Part shown: positions 56,629 through 64,000 of the stretch, one piece after another
How the letters are laid out: the number at the start of each line of letters is the position of its first letter
How positions within the stretch are numbered: the stretch's first letter is position 1
Source: Candidatus Helarchaeota archaeon
GTDB taxonomy: Archaea > Asgardarchaeota > Lokiarchaeia > Helarchaeales > RDOG01
Reading direction: 5' to 3'
Assembly (NCBI GenBank): GCA_019058315.1
Contig: JAHPZH010000005.1
Location: 1-64,000 of the forward strand
DNA: 64,000 bases
Program-made: the position numbers and the translations under genes
The notes under the pieces: generated by a model
Seen by the model: the letters and a program-made list of their open reading frames with translations, nothing else
What the model was told of the DNA's origin: nothing
Databases searched by the model: none

Positions 56629-57378
56629 CTATATAATTAATATATTTTTTAAATCAGGAACGAAAGCGCATAGAATGAATTTTATCCCAAGATACGTAAA
56701 AAAAATTCCACAACATATCAATATAATAAGATAGGTTCTATCTGAAATAACTTTTTTCCCTTTATAGATTGATGTAGAAACAAATGAATACCAAGCGAAA
56801 TCACTTGAAATATGCCCGAAAAAGTAAGTTATTACCCATGAAAATTGAATCGTTATTAAGCCAAGAGAATAGAGGAATTCCATCATTCCAGATAAAGAAG
56901 CTCGTTCAAATAAATAAAACATGTAAGTAAATCCGCTCGTACCCCACCAAAGGATCCAAAATGGATTCGAAATACTCAATATAATTCCTTGAATAACGGG
57001 AGAATATTTGAATATTGAGTTATTTTTATTCTTACTCTTTTCTATTTCTGATGAAAGAGAAATTTCTTTTTTTTTCATCTCATAAAATAACTGTACAGCC
57101 ATGAAAATTAATATCCCACCCCCTACTGTAGAAATTATGAAATAAACAATAGGTATTTTAATAAGATTTATCAATCCATAGAACGCTGCTAAAATCACAA
57201 TAGATTCCAAAATTGCATGTCCTACAATCATTATAGGACCTACCAAATATCCCCGTTGTCTCTTTGGAGTTTCTGAAATTACTGCAGTTAGAACAGGTCC
57301 AGGAGTTAATGCGCCTGTTAGACCGTAAAGGAATGCACCGCCAAAAATAATTAAATACCCACTAATATCTAATGCCAT
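56629..57378 (-). CDS. LysE-family translocator
   Basis: GALTPGP; GHAILE; SISNPFWILWW; GHISSDFAWY. Confidence 0.85.
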   Translation of the reverse strand: MALDISGYLIIFGGAFLYGLTGALTPGPVLTAVISETPKRQRGYLVGPIMIVGHAILESIVILAAFYGLINLIKIPIVYFIISTVGGGILIFMAVQLFYEMKKKEISLSSEIEKSKNKNNSIFKYSPVIQGIILSISNPFWILWWGTSGFTYMFYLFERASLSGMMEFLYSLGLITIQFSWVITYFFGHISSDFAWYSFVSTSIYKGKKVISDRTYLIILICCGIFFTYLGIKFILCAFVPDLKNILII

Positions 57379-57567
57379 TTTATAAATTGCCTATTTGAGT
57401 TTTGAAATAATTTTTTTTGGATTTAATCATCAAATTATCTTATTTTAATGAGGTAATTACTTTAGAAAATGCTGATTTAATAAAGTTAAAAAATTGATTT
57501 ATTTAATTTTGTTTTGAACATTATAATCAAATTATTTAATTATTATCTAAACTCAAATTAGGACTTT

Positions 57568-58731
57568 ATGGTGAACATTTTGACAGTTGGAATTATAAAA
57601 TCTAGTTTAAAAGAAGTAGATGTAAAATTACCAGAATTACTGGAACTTATAAAATATAAACCTAAAAAGAAAAAGATATTTATTAAACCAAATGTTGTTG
57701 ATGCTATTAATGCTAAATCTGGAGTAATTGCACTCCCTCAGCTTGTTGATGAATTAATTAATTATTTAATAAAAAAACATGATATATCAAAAGAAGATAT
57801 AGTAGTCGGAGAGGGAACAGGTTATTTTAATGAAGATAAACATTTCGAGCGTTTAGCAAAAGAATCAGGGTATATTAAATTAGAGAAAAAATATGGTATT
57901 AAATTCGAAAATTTACAAAATACTGAAAGGGTTACGAAAAAATGGAAATATGGGGAAATTGAATTACCCAAATATTTGGATACTCATGAATATATCAATA
58001 TCCCCGTTATGAAAACTCACATGCAAGCAACTGTAACTTTAGCTATGAAAAATCAGAAAGGATTACTTCTTTTAAAAGATAAACGAAATTTTCATCGTTC
58101 AAGTACTTACGGTAGTCTTCATGATTCGATATATGAATTATCAAAAGTAGCCATACCAGACCTTGTGGTTACCTCGGCAATTTTTGCTCTAGAAGGAACT
58201 GGACCAACTTTAAATGCTCAATCAAAAACTAAAAAATTGGATTTAATACTTGCTGGAACTGATATGATAGAAGTGGATAATGTTAGTTGTGAAATAATGG
58301 GATTAGATGTAGAAAAAATTAAACATATACCCAAAGTTAAATTTTCCACAATAGGGGTTCCATTGGAAGCAGTAAAAACTAAATTTGCAGAAGCAGATCC
58401 CTTTCTTAAGGTTCGAAATTTATATGTAAATCAATCTGATGCAGCATGTACTTTATGTACTATGTCAATTAGTCGGATGTTCAGGAAAATTTTGTTTGTA
58501 GAAGACTTAAGAAAAAAATTTGAAGAATTAAATAAGATATATGATCGTATCGATCTTGTTATAGGAAGTGATTTTGAGGAACTACCAGCAAATGCAAAAA
58601 TTGGGCAAATTTTTTGTGTTGGTGCTTGTACATCAAAATTAGCTAAAAATAATGATGTTCCTATTGTTAAAGATTGTCCACCCAATCATAATGATATAAT
58701 AAAATTAATTTTAGAACACACTCTGAAATGA
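57568..58731 (+). CDS. DUF362-family Fe-S protein
   Basis: IFIKPN; VGEG; INIPVMKTH; TLAMKNQKG; EGTGP; ACTLC...VGAC...CPP. Confidence 0.85.
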   Translation: MVNILTVGIIKSSLKEVDVKLPELLELIKYKPKKKKIFIKPNVVDAINAKSGVIALPQLVDELINYLIKKHDISKEDIVVGEGTGYFNEDKHFERLAKESGYIKLEKKYGIKFENLQNTERVTKKWKYGEIELPKYLDTHEYINIPVMKTHMQATVTLAMKNQKGLLLLKDKRNFHRSSTYGSLHDSIYELSKVAIPDLVVTSAIFALEGTGPTLNAQSKTKKLDLILAGTDMIEVDNVSCEIMGLDVEKIKHIPKVKFSTIGVPLEAVKTKFAEADPFLKVRNLYVNQSDAACTLCTMSISRMFRKILFVEDLRKKFEELNKIYDRIDLVIGSDFEELPANAKIGQIFCVGACTSKLAKNNDVPIVKDCPPNHNDIIKLILEHTLK

Positions 58732-58891
58732 TTTTTTTTTACTTTACTTTGAAGAGATAATAAATTTATTAACGATGTTGAAATATTTTCAATTTTTATT
58801 TAGTATAATAACTTTACAAAATACCGTAAAAAAAAGATTTATAAATTTCATTTACTACTTTTTCTAACCCAACTTTAAGAAGGGATTTTTT

Positions 58892-60532
58892 ATGAAAAAA
58901 AGATTTTTTTTAATGTATATAATGACTTTTTTAAGCCTAGTTCTTACTTTAAGCCCTATTATATGCTCAATTTCGACAAACAGAAATACAATCTGGTCTT
59001 TAGTACCAACATCAAAAAAAATTGGATTAGAAACGACCGCAAATTTATTTGAGGAAAAAGTAGGCAAGATAGCATGGCAACCTAATGGAACTCCCGTAGA
59101 CACAGTTCCATCACCTTCTGGAACTGGAGCTCATGGAGCTGTTGCTGATGGAAGTGGTGGTGTTATAGTAGCTTGGTATCGATTTAATGGTACACATTAT
59201 AGTCCATATATTCAGAAATTCAATTCAACTGGTCATGCTTTATGGGGAGATAATGGAACAATGATATGTAATGATGTTGTAGCAGGACATTGGATGCGTA
59301 ATACTAGGATTTGCAGCGATGATGCTGGAGGAGCTATTGTTATGTGGCAAGATAATAGATCTGGAAATGAAGACATTTATGTACAACGAATTAATTCGAC
59401 AGGTGGTCGAGAATGGACTCCTACGGGAGTGGCAGTATGTACTGATATAGCGGATCAAGAAATACATCCATATGCAACAAATCAACTTTGCCCCGATGGA
59501 CAAGGAGGTGCAATACTTGTCTGGAGAGATAATAGAAATGATGCTAATGGGGATATTTACGCACAACGGGTTGATGTTAATGGAAATCCATTATGGGCAG
59601 GTAATGGAGAGATTATCTGTGATGCAACTGGTATGTCTTTATATCACAAAGTGGTTAGTGATGGACAAAGAGGAGCAATTGTAGTATGGAGAGATGATAG
59701 AGATGCTGGTGGTGATGGGGACGTATTTGCACAGAAAATCAATTCAACAGGAGATATTAAGTGGACAAATAATGGCGTGGTGATATGTAATACTACTGAC
59801 ATACAAAGAGCGATTCAACTATGTAGTGATGGAGCTGGAGGCGCAGTTATAGTATGGACAGATGAAAGAACTGGTGTTATGAATGAAAGTATATATGCCC
59901 AACGAGTAATTTTCAATGGAACTACGTTATGGACTACAAATGGTACAGTAATATGTGATAGAGATGGTGAGAATAACGATCCTTTTCTTTGCCCTGATGG
60001 AACAGGAGGAGCAATTATCACATGGAGGGGCATCAGTGGTTATACCCAACGTATTAATGGGTTTGGTCAAACAATGTGGACTAATAACGGCGTGGTAGTA
60101 CAAAGCGCGAGTACAGCAGAACTCAAAATTTGTACCGATGAAGATGGTGGTGCAATCATAGTTTACAGAATCTTAGATACTGATTATAACCTTTATGTTC
60201 AATTGATTGATTCTGATGGTAAAAAACAGTGGTCTGGAAACGGTATTTCTGTATGTACAGAAAGTGGTCAACAATGGGATTTGGTTATTGTTCCGGATGG
60301 AGATGGTGGTGCATTTATGCTATGGGAAGATACAAGGGTTGAACCTCAAGAAGATCTTTATGTAACACATTTAACAGTTGAAATTCAGTTACATTATGAA
60401 ATAATAGGTATTTTGGCTGCTGGAGGAGCGGCAGGTGCAGCTGGTACAAATTGGTTACCTTTTGCGTTAGCTGGTGGAATTGGAGTTGCAATTGCAGTAA
60501 TAATAGCGGCAGTATTGAAAGCAAAAACATAA
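58892..60532 (+). CDS. Membrane-anchored surface protein with 8 beta-propeller-like repeats
   Basis: Paralogue of 50197-51822; signal peptide; Gly/Ala linker and C-terminal TM. Confidence 0.8.
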   Translation: MKKRFFLMYIMTFLSLVLTLSPIICSISTNRNTIWSLVPTSKKIGLETTANLFEEKVGKIAWQPNGTPVDTVPSPSGTGAHGAVADGSGGVIVAWYRFNGTHYSPYIQKFNSTGHALWGDNGTMICNDVVAGHWMRNTRICSDDAGGAIVMWQDNRSGNEDIYVQRINSTGGREWTPTGVAVCTDIADQEIHPYATNQLCPDGQGGAILVWRDNRNDANGDIYAQRVDVNGNPLWAGNGEIICDATGMSLYHKVVSDGQRGAIVVWRDDRDAGGDGDVFAQKINSTGDIKWTNNGVVICNTTDIQRAIQLCSDGAGGAVIVWTDERTGVMNESIYAQRVIFNGTTLWTTNGTVICDRDGENNDPFLCPDGTGGAIITWRGISGYTQRINGFGQTMWTNNGVVVQSASTAELKICTDEDGGAIIVYRILDTDYNLYVQLIDSDGKKQWSGNGISVCTESGQQWDLVIVPDGDGGAFMLWEDTRVEPQEDLYVTHLTVEIQLHYEIIGILAAGGAAGAAGTNWLPFALAGGIGVAIAVIIAAVLKAKT

Positions 60533-60555
60533 TTTCTTTATTTTTTTCTTTTTTT
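60533..60555 (+). terminator. Archaeal oligo-T terminator
   Basis: T-rich run immediately after the stop codon. Confidence 0.5.
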
Positions 60556-60652
60556 AAAAATCAAATCTCACTATTTTTTTTTTATACCTTATATTTTTTA
60601 AAGTTAGATTACAATAATAAATCAAATTAAAATTAATAGGGAAGATACAATA

Positions 60653-61543
60653 ATGACGAAAAATCGAGGATTAATTGGACATGTTGAATGGAGCGATGGG
60701 GAACCAGCTTCGAATATTACAATAGAATTAGAAGAAAAAGATTTAGTTTTTCATGATGTTCTACCTTCTGGAGAAACTGATGGGCAAGGTAATTTCATCA
60801 TTTCATATCATCCAGAGATTTACGGGGGCACGGGACGTTTAGGCGAAAAACCCGATATTGAATTAATGATCAATTATCTAAATGACAAAGGCGAGAAAAA
60901 AACGTTCAAAAGATTTTATAAAAATGTAGAAGAGGAGTGGTTAAAAATCGAATTAAAACTTGATGATGAATCAGGCTCTCCTTTGCCAGAATCTAAGGAA
61001 ACAGCTGTTGGTATTTGCTCTCAAATGTTGAATATGAAAGATTCTATAAACATTGATGAGGTTGAATCAAATGATGTTTGGGAAGCCTGTGTAGCAACAT
61101 CAACCGCATTCAGTCGATCAAGATATGAAAGAATTATGAAATTAACTAATTGGGGAGGAAAAGTAATTGTTGGAGATATCATGGAAGGTCCTTTATCACG
61201 TAATGAACAAAATCTAAATTCTAAGGGAATAAAAAGTCTCAATAACAGAAAGAATAAACCTAAGCAGATTAAATTGAATTTTCTCTGGCTTGATGAAAAT
61301 ATGAAGATAATATATAAAATTAATTTAGAAAATCAGATGATGAACTATATTAGTGAAAAAGGTTTGCGAATATTACTACGTGAAATTGATGAAACGGGTA
61401 AAAATTATAAATATTTACCAGTAGAACAGTTAAAAATTACATCCGAAATTCAAATTAAAGATAAAACTTTTAATTCTGAAGTTATTTGCCTCGAATCCAT
61501 TAAAAAATTGAAAAATTTAATAGGGACTCCCTCAATAATTTAA
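60653..61543 (+). CDS. Hypothetical protein with N-terminal transthyretin/prealbumin-like domain
   Basis: G.V...DGEPA.NITIEL.EKDL..HD.L..GETDGQGNF.ISY...EKPDI. Confidence 0.6.
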   Translation: MTKNRGLIGHVEWSDGEPASNITIELEEKDLVFHDVLPSGETDGQGNFIISYHPEIYGGTGRLGEKPDIELMINYLNDKGEKKTFKRFYKNVEEEWLKIELKLDDESGSPLPESKETAVGICSQMLNMKDSINIDEVESNDVWEACVATSTAFSRSRYERIMKLTNWGGKVIVGDIMEGPLSRNEQNLNSKGIKSLNNRKNKPKQIKLNFLWLDENMKIIYKINLENQMMNYISEKGLRILLREIDETGKNYKYLPVEQLKITSEIQIKDKTFNSEVICLESIKKLKNLIGTPSII

Positions 61544-61555
61544 AAATATTATTAT

Positions 61556-61870
61556 TTGAATTTGTTAGGAGATGATAAAATGGTGACTTTAATTGCCACC
61601 CTAACGATAAAAGAAGGAAAAATGGAAGAAGCAATACAAATTATAAAGGAAATTGTGCCAAAAGTTAGAAATACTGAATCAGGATGTAAAGCATACATTC
61701 CTCATACTGTAAAAGGACGAAAAAATAAAAATAAAGTTTTATTCTATGAAAAATATGAAGATAAAGCTGCATTAGATCTGCACTCAGCAAATCTACCAAA
61801 GAATTTTGAAAAATTATTTCCCTTTCTAGAAGGGGGAATGGATTTAAAGACTTGTGAAGAGATTATTTAA
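61556..61870 (+). CDS. Antibiotic biosynthesis monooxygenase (ABM) family protein
   Basis: LIATLTIKEGK; ESGCKAY; FYEKYEDKAALDLH; likely start at ATG 61580. Confidence 0.85.
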   Translation: MNLLGDDKMVTLIATLTIKEGKMEEAIQIIKEIVPKVRNTESGCKAYIPHTVKGRKNKNKVLFYEKYEDKAALDLHSANLPKNFEKLFPFLEGGMDLKTCEEII

Positions 61871-61913
61871 AAAAGAGGAACAAAGGTTCCTAATATTATT
61901 TTTTTTTATTTGT

Positions 61914-63344
61914 CTAATCCAGTTTGGGTTTCTTATCTTGCCAAGGAGCTAATTCTTCAAATGCTTTTGAGACTTGAAGCACCTTTAAATCATCGTACTT
62001 ACTTCCAACAATCTGCATACCAATCGGAAGACCTTCAGTAGACCAACCAGCTGGAATAGAAGCCGCTGGGAGACCGGTCATGTTAAAAGGATATGTAAAG
62101 CTCATCCATGAAAGTGGAGATGCACTTCGACCATCAATTTTTTCAGGATACATTATACCATGTTTAAATGCTGGAACTGCAGTAGTAGGAGTAATTAGTA
62201 AATCATAGCCCTTAAAGAATTTTAAAAGCTTTTCATACATTTTTTTTCTCGTAGCTAATCCAGAAATATAATCAGTAGCTTTTTGATTCAGACCCATTTC
62301 GATTATTTTTACCAAGTTTGGGCTTAAAATATCTTGTTGTTTATTATATGCGGCTTTGAGATCAAAAGCCAAAGTAGGAGCTACTAGATTCATACCAAAT
62401 GCTATTTCTGGGTTCTTGAGTTTGATTTTAGCTTCTTCTACTATCCAACCCAGTTTTTCAAATTTATGAACTGAGTCTACAACATTTTTTCTTACCTCTG
62501 GATCTAGATTTTTACAAAAACCGAGACTTAAAGAGTAGCCAATTTTCAATTTTTTAGGGCTTTCTTTAATTCCTTCATAATAACTAATTTTTTGGTCTGG
62601 CAATGCTTCCTGGTCTGCATAATATGGTTGTTTCATAACATCCAGCATTAATGCAGCATCTTCAACATATCTAGCTATAGGTCCAAAATCAGACAGAAGA
62701 GCAAATCCCATTGCAATTCTAGGATAGTGCGGTATTCTTCCATGAGTTGGTTTAATACCAAAAGCACCACATAGACAAGAAGGGATTCTTACAGAACCAC
62801 CGCCATCAGAACCTTGAGCAAGAGGACTTAACCCACTAACAACTGCAGCTGCCGCACCTCCGCTTGATCCACCAGATGTTCTATCAAGATTCCATGGATT
62901 ATTCGTCTTTCCAAAAATTAGATTATCAGTGATTGCTTGATGACCAAATTCTGGAGTGTTAGTCTTGCCTAGTATTACACAACCAGCGTCTTTTAATCGT
63001 TTTACAGCAATATCATCCTCTTCAGGAATATGATTTTCATAAAGTTTTGAACCAAATGTAGTTCTTACTCCTTTTACTGCTGTTAAATCTTTTATTGATG
63101 TAGGAACACCATTTAGAGTACTAATTTTTTTACTATTTTTAACAGCATCATCAGCGTTTTTTGCTTGTTCTCTAGCCATATCAAAAGTAGGAGTACAATA
63201 AGCATTAATTTTAGGATTGATTTTTTCTATTCTTTCTATGAATGCTTCAGTTATTTCCACTGCAGAAATCTCTTGTCTTTTAATTAAATCTATGATATTA
63301 CAGGCAGATAGAAAGTAAATATCTTCTTTTTTCATTTTAAACAC
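61914..63344 (-). CDS. Amidase signature family enzyme
   Basis: GVPTSIKD; GKTNTPEFG; GGSSGG; GSDGGGSVRIP; FNMTGLPA; GLPIGMQIVG. Confidence 0.92.
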   Translation of the reverse strand: MFKMKKEDIYFLSACNIIDLIKRQEISAVEITEAFIERIEKINPKINAYCTPTFDMAREQAKNADDAVKNSKKISTLNGVPTSIKDLTAVKGVRTTFGSKLYENHIPEEDDIAVKRLKDAGCVILGKTNTPEFGHQAITDNLIFGKTNNPWNLDRTSGGSSGGAAAAVVSGLSPLAQGSDGGGSVRIPSCLCGAFGIKPTHGRIPHYPRIAMGFALLSDFGPIARYVEDAALMLDVMKQPYYADQEALPDQKISYYEGIKESPKKLKIGYSLSLGFCKNLDPEVRKNVVDSVHKFEKLGWIVEEAKIKLKNPEIAFGMNLVAPTLAFDLKAAYNKQQDILSPNLVKIIEMGLNQKATDYISGLATRKKMYEKLLKFFKGYDLLITPTTAVPAFKHGIMYPEKIDGRSASPLSWMSFTYPFNMTGLPAASIPAGWSTEGLPIGMQIVGSKYDDLKVLQVSKAFEELAPWQDKKPKLD

Positions 63345-63558
63345 TTTTTAATTCAATATTTTTAAAATTCATATGGTTATTTATCAAATTTTCAATTTAT
63401 AAAAGAAGTTATCTATTTCTTTTTCCAACAAATTTTTTCCATTTTATTAAGTTATTTAACCAATTTCAAACTGAAACCTAAAATAATTAAATAAAAAATC
63501 TTTTTTAATAATTTAATTATTAGTTCAAATTGATGACGATTATAAAATAATAGAGTAG

Positions 63559-64000
63559 ATGATTGTGTCGATTTTCTGGCTTCTTAGAATTATTTTTATA
63601 ATTATTTTTTTTATGTTAATTCTAATTAATGGTCATTTTTTAACAAATCGTCAGAAATATGAGCATATTCTTAATAATAGATCTTTGAATATTTTTTTTG
63701 TAGCTTTATACAATGCATGCTGTTATTTATCAGCAGGGCTCCTTCCTTCAGATCCTAATGTAGTTCATCCGCCTCTATTTTTTAAAAGTCAATTAATTAT
63801 TATTGGTTTTCAATTTCTCGGGGTATTAAATTTAATTCTTGGATTTTTACTTCTTATAAAAACAGTCTTAATGCGTAAGACTATTGGAGCTGAGGAAACT
63901 GAAGGAGGATTAATAACTAATGGAATATACGTTTATTTCCGCCATCCAATTTATACAGGAATTTTTTTAATCTCTTTTGCTATAGCTTTAAATTCCATCA
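63559..64000 (+). CDS. ICMT/PEMT-family membrane methyltransferase (truncated by the window end)
   Basis: Manual translation MIVSIFWLLRII...GLITNGIYVYFRHPIYTG, containing the RHPxY motif. Confidence 0.8.
   Translation, partial: MIVSIFWLLRIIFIIIFFMLILINGHFLTNRQKYEHILNNRSLNIFFVALYNACCYLSAGLLPSDPNVVHPPLFFKSQLIIIGFQFLGVLNLILGFLLLIKTVLMRKTIGAEETEGGLITNGIYVYFRHPIYTGIFLISFAIALNSI

Noticed and set aside
447-61242. Many short ORFs in the track that are antisense or out of frame inside larger genes (e.g. 453-872, 19899-20108, 33932-34312, 41745-42152, 59240-59566)
   Set aside because: Shadow ORFs of well-supported genes, with no motifs or RBS
61914-63344. gatA
   Set aside because: No gatB/gatC nearby and it lacks GatA-specific motifs such as DEFAMGS; called a generic amidase
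1-64000. CRISPR array, tRNA, rRNA, transposase or integrase
   Set aside because: No regularly spaced repeats, cloverleaf or long GC-rich RNA segment, and no DDE or tyrosine-recombinase motifs were seen by eye

Overview
Very AT-rich archaeal chromosomal window, most likely from an Asgard archaeon (Loki-/Helarchaeia-like). This is inferred from a tetraether synthase, RadA/RPA, Nbp35, Lrp regulators, many SCP2, V4R and longin/roadblock-like proteins, and GGAGG/GGTGA ribosome-binding sites. Bases ~1-15,900 look like an accessory, possibly defence, island with no integrase visible. It holds small Zn-ribbon and membrane genes, two predicted HEPN (RxxxxH) + HExxH zincin gene pairs on opposite strands, an SAM methyltransferase, a wHTH/PLD-like protein, a YhaM-like OB-HD nuclease, a PD-(D/E)xK nuclease, a two-OB RPA, a degenerate RadA paralogue and gene remnants. 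The rest is metabolic or regulatory: Kce, an ATP-PEPCK fused to a degenerate PEPCK/HPrK-like domain and preceded by a GTP-PEPCK remnant, a GlcD/HdrD-like pair, a corrinoid protein with twin UROD-family methyltransferases, two SCP2+MmgE/PrpD cassettes, Nbp35, Sir2, Tes, two 8-repeat surface proteins, a paralogous pair of unknown proteins, tandem V4R proteins, an amidase and a truncated ICMT/PEMT-family gene. No rRNA, tRNA, CRISPR array or transposase was recognised. All family calls come from reading motifs by eye, not from database searches.
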